Shown here: positions 50,018 to 59,605 of the stretch, in pieces
Layout of the letters: each line of letters opens with the position of its first letter
How positions within the stretch are numbered: the stretch's first letter is position 1
Origin: an uncultured Gammaproteobacteria bacterium
GTDB lineage: Bacteria > Pseudomonadota > Gammaproteobacteria > QNFN01
Direction: 5' to 3'
DNA length: 59,605 nucleotides
Assembly (NCBI GenBank): GCA_964195335.1
Contig: CAXMPC010000052.1
Location: 1-59,605 of the forward strand
Program-made: the position numbers and the translations under genes
The notes under the pieces: model-generated
What the model was told of the DNA's origin: nothing
Seen by the model: the letters and a program-made list of their open reading frames with translations, nothing else
The model's database searches: none

Positions 50018-51172
50018 TCAGGTCGGATCGGGCAGGCCGTCGAGTGCGGCGAGGCGACGGGCACGTAATTCGGTGGCGATGGCCGATCCTTCAAGACCGG
50101 CCGCGGCCAGGTCGCCGGCGGTGACCGAGGCGGCCACGGCCTGGGCGGCAGCGAGCCGTTCGCCCGGCGGGTAGGGCTGCTCTGGGTAGGCCTCGTCGTT
50201 GGCCTGGACAGCAAGTACCAGGTCGGCAAGGCGCTCGGGGCGGCGGAAGGCGTCGAGGCGCTCGAGGAGGTCGAGCAGCGGTTCGGGTTCGAGCGTGGCG
50301 GCAGAGCGGACCGCGGCATGGTGCCGGGCGCCGAGCCGGCCGAGATCGCGGAAGGTGTTCGGTGCCCGCAGCCGGTCGCAGAGCGATTCCACCGGTTCAG
50401 CCCGGTCGAAGCCGAGGACCAGGGCGGCGAAGCGGATCTCGTGACGGTCGCTCAACTTCACCGCGCGCATAAGAGCATGCAGCGCCGGAGGCTGTGGAGC
50501 CTCGCCGTCATGGGTTGATGGCACGGGACCGAGCAGGCGGTCGATCTCCGGCAGCACATGGGCCAAGGCGCCGCAGAGCTGCAGCACCTCGAAAAAGCGG
50601 CCCGGGGTAGCGGAACCGAGGGCGCGTACCAACTCCGCCCAGACCCGTTCCGGGGTCAGGGCGTCGACCTCGCCATCGGCGACCATTTGGCACATCAGTT
50701 TCTGGGTCGCGTGGCTGACGCGGAAACCCTGCTGGGCGAACTGGGCGGCGAAGCGGGCGCAGCGCAGCACCCGGACCGGGTCCTCGACGAAGGCTGGCGA
50801 GACGTGCCGCAGCCGACCCAGGCGCAGATCATCGGCACCGCCGAAGGGATCGATCAGGGTGCCATCGGCGGTCTGGGCGATGGCATTGATGGTCAGGTCG
50901 CGGCGCCGCAGGTCTTCCTCGAGGGTCACCTCCGGGCTGGCGTGGACGGTGAAACCGCGGTAGCCGGGCGCCGACTTGCGCTCGGTACGCGCCAGGGCGT
51001 ACTCGTCACCAGTCTCGGGGTGGAGAAAGACCGGGAAGTCGCGTCCGACCTGGCGGTAGCCGGCCGCCAGCATCTCCTCGGCCGTCGTTCCGACGACGAC
51101 CCAGTCGCGTTCGTCGGGCTCGATCCCGAGCAGGCGGTCACGTACCGCACCGCCGACCAGATAGGTTTCCAT
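50018..51172 (-). CDS. cca: tRNA nucleotidyltransferase (CCA-adding enzyme) with degenerate HD domain
   Basis: [47 protein letters not shown]. Confidence 0.95.
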   Translation of the reverse strand: METYLVGGAVRDRLLGIEPDERDWVVVGTTAEEMLAAGYRQVGRDFPVFLHPETGDEYALARTERKSAPGYRGFTVHASPEVTLEEDLRRRDLTINAIAQTADGTLIDPFGGADDLRLGRLRHVSPAFVEDPVRVLRCARFAAQFAQQGFRVSHATQKLMCQMVADGEVDALTPERVWAELVRALGSATPGRFFEVLQLCGALAHVLPEIDRLLGPVPSTHDGEAPQPPALHALMRAVKLSDRHEIRFAALVLGFDRAEPVESLCDRLRAPNTFRDLGRLGARHHAAVRSAATLEPEPLLDLLERLDAFRRPERLADLVLAVQANDEAYPEQPYPPGERLAAAQAVAASVTAGDLAAAGLEGSAIATELRARRLAALDGLPDPT

Positions 51173-51209
51173 CGGGGCATGGTAGCGGTGCGTGCTATTT
51201 TCCCCAAGC

Positions 51210-52370
51210 ATGGGATGGCACCACATCGTGATCCTGCTTCTGGCCCTGGTTACCGGCGGCTGTACCACGTTCGGTTACTACGCCGGTGCGGCCAACGGCC
51301 AGCTCGAGCTGATGCGCGCGGCGCATCCGGTAAAGGAACTGCTCGCTGATCCCGCCACCGATCCGGGTTTGGCCGAACGGCTGCGGACGGCGCGGGCGAT
51401 GGTCGATTTCGCCGGTGATGAGCTCGGCCTGCCGGCCGGGGGCAGCTACGCCGACTACGCTGCCATCGACCGCCCGTTCGTCGCCTGGAACGTCTTTGCG
51501 GCACCGGAATTCTCGCTGCAGCCCGAACAGTGGTGCTACCCGCTGGTTGGCTGCCTCGCCTACCGCGGCCATTTCGACCCGGCCGCCGCCGCACACGATG
51601 CCGACCGCCAACGCGCACTGGGCCACGATGTCCACGTCGGTGGCGTACTTGCCTACTCGACGCTGGGCTGGTTCGACGACCCGCTGCTCGACACCTTCCT
51701 TTTCCGACGCGACGACCGCCTTGCCGCGCTGCTGTTCCATGAGCTCGCTCACCGGCGGTTGTTCGTTTCTGGCGATACCCTGTTCAACGAATCGTTCGCC
51801 ACCGCAGTCGCCATCGAGGGGGTGAGCCGTTGGTTGGAAAGGCGTGGCGATGGTGATCTGCTGGTACGGCGCGAGGTCGAATCGGTGCGTCGCCAGGCTG
51901 TGGTCGACCTGCTGCTGGAGCTGCGCCAGAAACTCGAGCGGCTCTACGCCTCGGGTGCGGATGAGGCGGTGATGCGCCACGATAAGGCCGGGCTGATCGC
52001 TGCTGCACAGGCCGACTACGCTGGATTGCGTGCCGACTGGGACGGCGATGCCGGTTACGATGCCTGGATGGCGGGCGGCCTGAACAACGCCAAGCTCAAC
52101 ACCGTCGGCCTCTATCATCGCCTGGTGCCCGCATTCCGGGCGCTGCTGGTACAGCACGGCGGGGAGTTCGAGGCCTTCTACGTCGCCGTCGAGGCGCTGG
52201 CCGCGATGCCAGAGGCACGCCGCCTCGCCCGGCTCGAGGAGCTGGCGCCGCTCTGGGGCGACGGTCCCGGGTCTCGGCAAGGCCCCTCGCCGGTGACCAG
52301 GAGGCCAGCGATTCAAAGGGCTTACGGCACCGTTGCCTACCGCCCAACGGCCACAGCCGGGCTAGACTGA
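51210..52370 (+). CDS. Putative zinc aminopeptidase lipoprotein (DUF2265-like)
   Basis: GGC lipobox-like site, WCYPLVGCLAYRG, AYSTLGWFDDP, HELAH, FNESFA, LNNA. Confidence 0.85.
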   Translation: MGWHHIVILLLALVTGGCTTFGYYAGAANGQLELMRAAHPVKELLADPATDPGLAERLRTARAMVDFAGDELGLPAGGSYADYAAIDRPFVAWNVFAAPEFSLQPEQWCYPLVGCLAYRGHFDPAAAAHDADRQRALGHDVHVGGVLAYSTLGWFDDPLLDTFLFRRDDRLAALLFHELAHRRLFVSGDTLFNESFATAVAIEGVSRWLERRGDGDLLVRREVESVRRQAVVDLLLELRQKLERLYASGADEAVMRHDKAGLIAAAQADYAGLRADWDGDAGYDAWMAGGLNNAKLNTVGLYHRLVPAFRALLVQHGGEFEAFYVAVEALAAMPEARRLARLEELAPLWGDGPGSRQGPSPVTRRPAIQRAYGTVAYRPTATAGLD

Positions 52371-52413
52371 AAGCGGGCGGTGGCGCACGGGACGCGCCAG
52401 GGGAACCGTTGAG

Positions 52414-53565
52414 ATGAACAGAGCCTGGAACCGATTGCTAACACTGGCTGCGGTCGTCGTTGTCATGGCTGCCGTGGCCTGGTGGTTCTCCCGTTCCCAG
52501 CCGATCGCCGCGACACTGGTCACGGTGGCCTACGGGCCGGTCGAGTCGCTGGTCGCCAACACCCGTGGGGGGACGGTCAACGCTTGCCGGCGGGCGCGCC
52601 TGGCCCCTGCGGCCGGGGGCACCATCGAGGTGCTGGCGGTACGCGAAGGTGACGTGGTCAAGCCGGGCCAGCTGCTGCTGAGCCTGTGGAACCGTGACCT
52701 GCTCGCCCAGGTGACGCTGGCCGAGAGCGAGGCGCGTGCCGCCCAGTCCAACACCGTCCAGGCGTGCCTGCGGGCCGAGGTCGGTCGCCGCGAGGCCGAC
52801 CGCCTGGTGCAGTTGCGCAAGAACAAGCTGATCTCCGAGGAGCGCACCGACCAGGCGGTGACCGAGGCCGCGGTACGTGATGCGGCCTGCACGGCGGCCC
52901 GTGCCCAGGCCGAGGTGGCGCGCAGTCGCATCGCCGTCGCCCGCGCGGCGCTGGAGCGGAGTGAGATCCGTGCCCCGTTCGCCGGCATCATCGCCGAGGT
53001 GACCGGCGAACTCGGTGAGTTCGTGACGCCGTCACCGCCTGGTATCCCGACCCCGCCGGCGGTGGACCTGGTCGAGTCGGGTTGCCTCTACGTCAGCGCA
53101 CCCATAGATGAGGTCGACGCCCCCGAAGTGCGTCGCGGCATGCCGGCACGGGTGACGCTGGACGCCTTCCGCGGGCGCCATTTCAGCGGCGAAGTGCGTC
53201 GCGTCGCCCCCTACGTCCGCGAACTGGAGAAGCAGGCGCGCACGGTGGAGATCGAGATCGAACTGGCGCCGGGCGAGCTTGGCGGCCTGTTGCCGGGTTA
53301 CACCGCCGACGTCGAGGTGCTGCTCGAGGTGCGTGAGAAGGTGCTGCGGGTGCCGACCGCCGCCGTCACCAGCGGCGACCGGGTGCTGCGCTACCGACCC
53401 GCCGATAGCACGCTCGAAGACGTTGAACTGAGCGTCGGGCTGCGTAACTGGCAGTTCGTCGAGGTGCTGGATGGACTCGCCGCCGGCGACCGGCTGGCGC
53501 TGCCTGACGAAGGAGTGGCCGCCGGCGCCACGGTGTCGCCGCGGGATCCTGGCCCGGACCGATGA
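52414..53565 (+). CDS. Periplasmic adaptor (MFP) of a MacAB-type exporter
   Basis: N-terminal TM, VREGDVVKPGQLL, IRAPFAG. Confidence 0.9.
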   Translation: MNRAWNRLLTLAAVVVVMAAVAWWFSRSQPIAATLVTVAYGPVESLVANTRGGTVNACRRARLAPAAGGTIEVLAVREGDVVKPGQLLLSLWNRDLLAQVTLAESEARAAQSNTVQACLRAEVGRREADRLVQLRKNKLISEERTDQAVTEAAVRDAACTAARAQAEVARSRIAVARAALERSEIRAPFAGIIAEVTGELGEFVTPSPPGIPTPPAVDLVESGCLYVSAPIDEVDAPEVRRGMPARVTLDAFRGRHFSGEVRRVAPYVRELEKQARTVEIEIELAPGELGGLLPGYTADVEVLLEVREKVLRVPTAAVTSGDRVLRYRPADSTLEDVELSVGLRNWQFVEVLDGLAAGDRLALPDEGVAAGATVSPRDPGPDR

Positions 53566-54233
53566 TCGAACTCGCCGGGATCGACCGCGAGTTCGAGGTC
53601 GGCGAGCAGACGGTCCATGCCCTGCAGGGAGTGGACCTGGAGGTCGCCGCCGGTGAGTACCTGTCGATCATGGGACCGTCGGGCTCCGGCAAGTCGACGC
53701 TGCTCAACGTCATCGGCCTGCTCGATCGGCCGTCACGAGGACACTACCTGCTCGACGACGTGGACGTGACCGCGCTCGACAGCGCAGGGCGGGCCGAGGT
53801 GCGCCGCGACAAGGTCGGCTTCGTCTTCCAGTTCTTCCACCTGGTGCCGCGGCTGACGGCGGCCGACAACGTCGCCCTGCCGTTGGTGCTGGCTGGCATC
53901 GCCCCGGCAGAGCGCCGCGAGCGCGTGGCCGTGGCGCTCGAGAGCCTCGGCCTCGCTGAACGCGCCGACCACCGTCCGGATCAGCTCTCCGGCGGTCAGC
54001 GACAGCGAGTCGCCATTGCCCGCGCGACCATCATGGGTCCGCGGTTGCTGCTCGCCGACGAACCGACCGGTAATCTCGATCGCCACTCCGGCGCCGAGGT
54101 GCTCGACCTGATCGAGGCACTGCACGCTGACGGTCTGACCCTGCTGGTGGTGACTCACGATCCAGAGATCGGCCGCCGCGCGTCGCGCCGCATCCGCGTC
54201 GTTGACGGCTGGGTCGAGGAGCACGCTGGATGA
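53562..54233 (+). CDS. ABC transporter ATP-binding protein (MacB/LolD type)
   Basis: GPSGSGKST, LSGGQRQR, DEPTGNLD, VTHD. Confidence 0.95.
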   Translation: MIELAGIDREFEVGEQTVHALQGVDLEVAAGEYLSIMGPSGSGKSTLLNVIGLLDRPSRGHYLLDDVDVTALDSAGRAEVRRDKVGFVFQFFHLVPRLTAADNVALPLVLAGIAPAERRERVAVALESLGLAERADHRPDQLSGGQRQRVAIARATIMGPRLLLADEPTGNLDRHSGAEVLDLIEALHADGLTLLVVTHDPEIGRRASRRIRVVDGWVEEHAG

Positions 54234-55435
54234 CCGCCACCGACCGCTTCCGTTTTGCCTGGGATGCGCTGCGCGGCTTCCGCATGCGTACCGCACTGAT
54301 GCTGCTGGCGATGGCCATCGGGGTCGCCTCGGTGGTGCTGTTGACCGGCCTCGGCGAGGCGGCGCGGCGCTATGTCATCGGCGAGTTCTCGAGCCTCGGC
54401 ACCGACCTGCTGGTAGTGCTGCCGGGGCGTTCGGAGACCGTCGGAGGGCCGCCGCCTCTGCTCGGCATTACGCCACGTGACCTGACTCTCGATGACGCTC
54501 TGGCGCTGCTGCGTGACCCGGCGGTGGCGCGGGTAGCGCCAATCGTCATCGGCTCGGTGCCGGTGACTACCCCCGGTCGTGAGCGTGAGTCGATGGTGGT
54601 CGGAACCACGGCCGATTTTGCGCCCATCCGCCGCATCGAGGTGGTGCGCGGCCAGTTCCTGCCGGTCGGCGATCCGCGTCGGGCGCGGCCGGTCTGCGTC
54701 ATCGGCCAGACCATCGAGCGTGAGCTGTTCGGTGGCGCCCAAGCCGTAGGCGACACCCTTCGGCTCGGCGATCGCCGTTGCCGCGTGGTCGGCGTTCTGG
54801 CGTCGAGCGGCCGTTCGCTCGACCTGCAGCTGGACGAACTGATCCTGGTGCCGGTGGCCACCGCCCAGGCGCTGTTCGACGCCCCGTCGCTGTTTCGCAT
54901 CCTGGTGCAGGCGCGTGACCGCACGGCCCTGGAGCGCGCGCGCGACGCCATCCTGGCGACCGTCCGCGCGCGCCACGACGGCAAGGACGACGTCACCGTG
55001 ATCACCCAGGACGCCATGTTGGCGACCTTCGACCGCATCCTCGGCACGCTGACCCTGGCGGTCGGTGGCATCGGTGCCATCAGCCTGGCCGTAGCCGGCA
55101 TCCTGATCATGAACGTGATGCTGGTGGCGGTATCGCAACGCACCGCGGAAATCGGTCTGCTCAAGGCGCTCGGCGCGCCACCCAGTCAGATCCTCGGCCT
55201 GTTCCTCGCCGAGTCGGGCCTGCTGGCGCTTGGCGGGGCACTGCTCGGTCTCGGGGTCGGGCTGGTGGTTGCAACTCTGCTCGGCCAGTTCTACCCGGCG
55301 CTCGATTTCGCCGCTCCAGCCTGGGCGCCACCGGCAGCCTTGTTGCTGGCGCTGGGCATGGGCCTGCTGTTCGGCGCCCTGCCGGCGCGCCACGCGGCCC
55401 ATCTCGATCCGGTCGCGGCACTGGCGCGGAGGTAG
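54230..55435 (+). CDS. ABC transporter permease (MacB/FtsX-like)
   Basis: GILIMNVMLVAVSQRTAEIGLLKALGA, PARHAAHLDPV. Confidence 0.93.
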   Translation: MTATDRFRFAWDALRGFRMRTALMLLAMAIGVASVVLLTGLGEAARRYVIGEFSSLGTDLLVVLPGRSETVGGPPPLLGITPRDLTLDDALALLRDPAVARVAPIVIGSVPVTTPGRERESMVVGTTADFAPIRRIEVVRGQFLPVGDPRRARPVCVIGQTIERELFGGAQAVGDTLRLGDRRCRVVGVLASSGRSLDLQLDELILVPVATAQALFDAPSLFRILVQARDRTALERARDAILATVRARHDGKDDVTVITQDAMLATFDRILGTLTLAVGGIGAISLAVAGILIMNVMLVAVSQRTAEIGLLKALGAPPSQILGLFLAESGLLALGGALLGLGVGLVVATLLGQFYPALDFAAPAWAPPAALLLALGMGLLFGALPARHAAHLDPVAALARR

Positions 55436-55437
55436 CC

Positions 55438-56637
55438 ATGCGCCTCACCGACCAGGCACAAATGGCATGGCGTGGCGTCCTCGCCCACCCGCTGCGCAGC
55501 GCCCTGACCATGCTCGGGATCGGGGTTGGTATCGCGGCGGTGGTGCTGCTGACCTCCATCGGCCAGGGGGTGCGCGGGTTCGTCCTTGGCGAGTTCACCC
55601 AGTTCGGTACCAACCTGATGGGAGTGATGCCCGGCCGCACCAGCACCTTCGGCATGTCGGCGGCGGTGGTCCATACCACCCGGCCGCTGACACTCGACGA
55701 TGTCGACGCCTTGGCGCGCCTGCCACGGGTGGTCGCCGTGGTCCCGGCCGTGCAGGGCAATGCCGACATCGAGTGGACGGGACGCCGGCGTCAGTCGATG
55801 GTATTCGGTGTCGGTGCCAGCGCGCCCGAAGTGTGGCGACTGGAGGTGGCCGAAGGGCGCTTTCTCGATCCGGGCGCGTCCGGCGCGGAACGGGCCCAGG
55901 CGGTGCTCGGCGAACGGCTGCGGCGCGAACTGTTCGGTGACGGCCCGGTTCTCGGCCAGGCGGTGCGCATCGGTGGTGAGCGTTACCGGGTCGTCGGCGT
56001 CATGGCGGCCAAGGGGCAGTTGCTCGGGTTCGACATGGACGACACGGTCTACATCCCGGTGGCGCGGGCCCTGCGCCTGTTCGACCTCGGCGGGGTGCAC
56101 GAGATCGACCTGCTCTACGCCGCCGGTAGCGATGTCGACCAGCTCGAGAAGTCGGTGACAGAAAGGCTTGTCGCACGTCACGGCCAGGAGGACTTCACCG
56201 TGGTGACGCAGCAGCAGATGCTCGACGTGCTCGACTCGGTGCTTGGTGTGCTCACCTTCGCCGTCGGGGCACTGGGCGGTATCTCGCTGCTGGTCGGGGG
56301 TGTCGGGGTGCTGACCATCATGACCATCGCCGTGACCGAGCGCACGGCCGAGGTAGGGCTGTTGCGCGCGCTCGGTGCCGGTCAATGGCAGGTGCTCGGC
56401 ATGTTCCTCGGCGAGGCGGTGGTACTGGCCGCACTGGGAGGTGCCCTCGGGCTGCTGCTCGGCCTTGGTGGTGCGCTGTTGCTCGGGCTGTTGGTGCCGG
56501 CCCTGCCGGTCGCGGTATCGCTGTTTTACCTCGCGCTGGCCGAGGGATTGGCGGTGGTCATCGGCCTGCTGGCCGGGGTCGTCCCGGCCCGTCGCGCGGC
56601 CAGCCTCGAACCGGTGCAGGCACTGCGCGCCGAGTAA
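55438..56637 (+). CDS. ABC transporter permease (MacB/FtsX-like), second copy
   Basis: IAVTERTAEVGLLRALGA, PARRAASLEPVQALR. Confidence 0.93.
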   Translation: MRLTDQAQMAWRGVLAHPLRSALTMLGIGVGIAAVVLLTSIGQGVRGFVLGEFTQFGTNLMGVMPGRTSTFGMSAAVVHTTRPLTLDDVDALARLPRVVAVVPAVQGNADIEWTGRRRQSMVFGVGASAPEVWRLEVAEGRFLDPGASGAERAQAVLGERLRRELFGDGPVLGQAVRIGGERYRVVGVMAAKGQLLGFDMDDTVYIPVARALRLFDLGGVHEIDLLYAAGSDVDQLEKSVTERLVARHGQEDFTVVTQQQMLDVLDSVLGVLTFAVGALGGISLLVGGVGVLTIMTIAVTERTAEVGLLRALGAGQWQVLGMFLGEAVVLAALGGALGLLLGLGGALLLGLLVPALPVAVSLFYLALAEGLAVVIGLLAGVVPARRAASLEPVQALRAE

Positions 56638-56652
56638 TCGTCTGTTACGGGC

Positions 56653-57609
56653 TCAGCGCCTGGCGTGGCGGCGCAGTCCGCTGTAACGCGGGTTCTTCTG
56701 GCGCCGGCCGAGGTAGCCTGGCACGACCTGCTCGATGGTTGCCGGGGTGCGGCCGAAGATTTCCGGGAACGGGCCGCTGCAGACGCTGTCGACCCTGGTC
56801 GAGGCGACATTGTCGCGCGAGAACGGCTTGCCCGGGACCCACTCCATGAACCAGGCCTGCAGGTTCGACAGGCTTTCGCCGAGCGGCATGACCCAGCGGC
56901 ACATCGCGGCCTGACGGGCGGTGTACTCGACCAGCTGGTGCAGGCTCCAGACCTCCGGGCCGCAGAGATCGTAGCGCTGGCCGAAGGTGGCCGGGTCGCC
57001 CAGCGCCTGGACAAAGCAGTGGGTCACGTCGTCGACCCAGACCGGGGCGAAGCGGGCCTTGGCACAGGCCAGTGGGAAGACCGGGCCGTACGCGAGCAGG
57101 CCGGCGAAGCGGCTGAACAGCCCGTCACCCGGACCGAAGATCACCGACGGCCGGAAGCTGGTGACGGCGAGGTCGGTGCCATGGGCGGCATGCACCAGTG
57201 CCTCGCCGCGGCCCTTGCTGCGCAGGTAGTGGCTCGGGCCGTCGGGGCCGGCATTGAGAGCGCTCATGTGCAGCAGGCGTCCGACGCCTGCCTTGTGACA
57301 GGCGGCGACGATCCGTTCCGGCAGGGTGACATGGGCTGCCTCGAAACCGCTGCCGTCGCGGGCGCGCTCGTTGAGAATGCCGACCAGGTTGACCACCGCC
57401 GTGCAGCCGGAGAACGCGGTGGCCAGGGCCTCGACGCTGTCGCTGTCTACCTCGTCGACGGTCACCCGTGGCATGACCAGCAGTTCGCGGTGACGCTCAC
57501 GGCGTCGGGTCAGGACGCGGACGGTGTGCCCCTCGTCATGCAGCCGACGAACGAGGTGGCGGCCGACGAAACCGGTGCCGCCGAGGACGCAGAGGGTATG
57601 CTTGGACAT
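56653..57609 (-). CDS. NDUFA9-like NAD(P)-dependent epimerase/dehydratase
   Basis: GGTGFVG, VNLVGIL, HMSALNA, YLRSK, RPSVIFG. Confidence 0.9.
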   Translation of the reverse strand: MSKHTLCVLGGTGFVGRHLVRRLHDEGHTVRVLTRRRERHRELLVMPRVTVDEVDSDSVEALATAFSGCTAVVNLVGILNERARDGSGFEAAHVTLPERIVAACHKAGVGRLLHMSALNAGPDGPSHYLRSKGRGEALVHAAHGTDLAVTSFRPSVIFGPGDGLFSRFAGLLAYGPVFPLACAKARFAPVWVDDVTHCFVQALGDPATFGQRYDLCGPEVWSLHQLVEYTARQAAMCRWVMPLGESLSNLQAWFMEWVPGKPFSRDNVASTRVDSVCSGPFPEIFGRTPATIEQVVPGYLGRRQKNPRYSGLRRHARR

Positions 57610-57650
57610 GGGCTCAATTCTCGGGAAGGGGGCCTAAACACGGGATTTTT

Positions 57651-57681
57651 ATACTAGTATGGTAACGCATAATAATTATTA
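57651..57681. promoter_or_regulatory. Two perfect AT-rich palindromes in a divergent promoter region
   Basis: ATACTAGTAT (57651-57660) and TAATAATTATTA (57670-57681). Confidence 0.4.
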
Positions 57682-57695
57682 AGGATGGGGATCCA

Positions 57696-59066
57696 ATGGC
57701 ACTGCGCTCGACATCGCCACTCGACGGATCGACGTTGTCGGTATTCAAGGAATGGACCGGGTACAAGCTCCGCGAAACGCTTGACGAGGTCGCGACCGGC
57801 ACGGCCGAGTGGTGCACCCTGGCACTGGCTGAGCGTGCCGAACGCCTGGTGCAGGTCGCCGGCATGCTGCGCAGCGACAAAGGCGAACTTTCGCGCCTGA
57901 TCTCGTTCGAGATGGGCAAGTTGCGCAGCGAGGCCATGCAGGAGGTGGAAGACTGCGCGCTGCTGTGTGAGCACCTGGCGCGTGTCGCCGGCGACTACCT
58001 GGGACAAGGGCAGCTGGCCGACAGCGACGGTCACCGCGTGACACTCGACCATGCGCCGTTCGGCATCGTGCTGGCGATCACGCCGCGCTACGCCCCGTTC
58101 TGGCTGGTGTTCCGCGTCGCCATACCGGCGCTGCTGGCCGGCAACGGCGTGGTGTTGAAGCACGCCAGCGCGGTGACCCAGTGCGCCATGGCGATCGACG
58201 AGCTGCTGCGCGAAGGGCTCGGTGCATCCGCCGCCTTTCGTACGCTGCAGATCAATGCCGCCCAGGTCCCGAGTGTGATCGCCGCGCCGATGGTCTCGGC
58301 GATCAGTTTCTGCGGCAGCGCCCGTGCCGGCCGCGAGGTGGCCGCACTGGCCGGCGAAGAGGGCAAGAAGGTGACCCTGCACCTCGGTGGCAGCGACCCT
58401 TTCATCGTCCTTGCCGACGCCGATCTCGACCGAGCCATTCCGGCCGCATTTGCCGCCCGCTTCACCAATGCCGGCCAGCGTGCGGCGGCGGCTAAGCGTT
58501 TCATCGTCGCCGAGGAGTTGGCCGATGCCTTCGTCGAGCGGCTGTTGCAGCCGGTCGAGTCCGATCTGATCTATGGCGACCCGATGCAGGAGACAACCCG
58601 CTTCGCTCCGCTGGCGAGCCACGAGCTCCGTGACCGCCTGCATCGCCAGGTCTCCGGCTCGCGCACCCAGGGCGCGCGCGTCGTCACCGGCTGTATGCCT
58701 GGTGAGCCGCCGGGCGCTTTTTACCAGGGTTCGATCCTCGATCATGTCGCTCCCGGCATGCCGGCCTACGATGAGGAGTTGTTCGGTCCCGTGGCGGCGA
58801 TAATCCGCGTCGCCGACGATATTGATATGGCCGAGATCGCCAATCACGCCCCGATCGGAATCGGCGCCAGCGTCTGGTCGGCCGACCCGGAACGGGCGCT
58901 CGGGATCGGCCAGCGGCTGCGCTGCGGCCAGGTCTACATCAACGCCCCGGTGGCCGAAGACTCGGCCATTCCGGCCGGCGGGGTCGGGCCATCCGGTTTT
59001 GGACGCCTTCTGGGCGAGGCAGGATGTCGCGAATTTACCAGCACCAAGGCATTGATATTCGGCTAA
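57696..59066 (+). CDS. Aldehyde dehydrogenase-fold protein (Sad/GabD-like) lacking catalytic residues
   Basis: EMGK, AGNGVVLKHA, LGGSDP, EELFGPV and SGFGR are retained; catalytic Cys, Glu and Asn positions are substituted. Confidence 0.88.
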   Translation: MALRSTSPLDGSTLSVFKEWTGYKLRETLDEVATGTAEWCTLALAERAERLVQVAGMLRSDKGELSRLISFEMGKLRSEAMQEVEDCALLCEHLARVAGDYLGQGQLADSDGHRVTLDHAPFGIVLAITPRYAPFWLVFRVAIPALLAGNGVVLKHASAVTQCAMAIDELLREGLGASAAFRTLQINAAQVPSVIAAPMVSAISFCGSARAGREVAALAGEEGKKVTLHLGGSDPFIVLADADLDRAIPAAFAARFTNAGQRAAAAKRFIVAEELADAFVERLLQPVESDLIYGDPMQETTRFAPLASHELRDRLHRQVSGSRTQGARVVTGCMPGEPPGAFYQGSILDHVAPGMPAYDEELFGPVAAIIRVADDIDMAEIANHAPIGIGASVWSADPERALGIGQRLRCGQVYINAPVAEDSAIPAGGVGPSGFGRLLGEAGCREFTSTKALIFG

Positions 59067-59260
59067 TTTATCGGTTTATCGCAACTCCGTTTATACATCC
59101 ATAAGCTGCCGCAACGGCAACGATAAAATCCACTTATGGGTGGCTAGATAAATTCACTTGGATTTTCGCGTGGCGATCACGCAAGGTGGCCCTCCCGTTC
59201 ACAGCCCCGGCATTTCCGGTTGCCTGTTTACAGGGATAGTAACGAGGGGGAAGGAGCACC

Positions 59261-59605
59261 ATGTCCACGCTGGTCAAGCCGCACGGCGGCGATGAACTCA
59301 AGCCGTTGCTGCTTACGGGCGCCGAGCTCGAGGTCGAGCGCGCGCGCGCCGCGACCCTGCCGCGGGTCCCGCTCAGTTCGCGTGAGGTGGGCGACCTGAT
59401 CATGCTCGGCATCGGCGGTTTCACCCCGCTCGACGGTTTTATGACGCGCCTCGACTGGGAGCGGGTCTGCGACGCCATGCAGACCGCGAGTGGCCTGTTC
59501 TGGCCGATCCCGATCACCCTCTCCGCCGACCGGGCCCTGGCCGACAGCCTCAACGAGGGTCAGGAGGTCGCGCTGGTCGACCCCGAGCGTGACGAGATCA
59601 TGGCG
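59261..59605 (+). CDS. sat: Sulfate adenylyltransferase, 5' part (truncated by window end)
   Basis: AAGGAG RBS; [10 protein letters not shown]...[18 protein letters not shown]...[10 protein letters not shown]. Confidence 0.93.
   Translation, partial: MSTLVKPHGGDELKPLLLTGAELEVERARAATLPRVPLSSREVGDLIMLGIGGFTPLDGFMTRLDWERVCDAMQTASGLFWPIPITLSADRALADSLNEGQEVALVDPERDEIMA

Noticed and set aside
59065-59154. SAM-I riboswitch upstream of sat (TTATC...GATAA)
   Set aside because: The conserved SAM-I core (AUCAAGAG, kink-turn, GCAACC) is absent

Overview
High-GC chromosomal segment of a gammaproteobacterium, most likely a Chromatiales-like sulfur oxidiser. This assignment is inferred from the gamma-type rpoH-ftsXEY, gltBD-hemE, typA and cca genes and a sat-type ATP sulfurylase at the right edge. 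Most of the window is housekeeping and redox-maintenance genes (msrA, peroxiredoxin-like protein, TlpA, glutathione peroxidase, M16 peptidase pair, argC, dtd, a MacAB-type ABC exporter). I saw no rRNA, tRNA, CRISPR array, integrase or transposase. Most notable: (1) two tandem uncharacterised ~120-aa paralogs, each behind an FNR/CRP-type box, with a possible ArdA-like C-terminus; (2) an intact aldehyde dehydrogenase gene lacking its catalytic Cys, Glu and Asn, directly upstream of sat; (3) a complete Xanthomonas-type DSF quorum-sensing locus (rpfG-rpfC converging on rpfF); (4) a CIRCE element in front of rpoH; (5) GTAG-type REP clusters; (6) an accessory patch of small orphan membrane genes containing an AT-rich spacer rich in inverted repeats. 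All calls come from motif recognition by eye; no database search was run.
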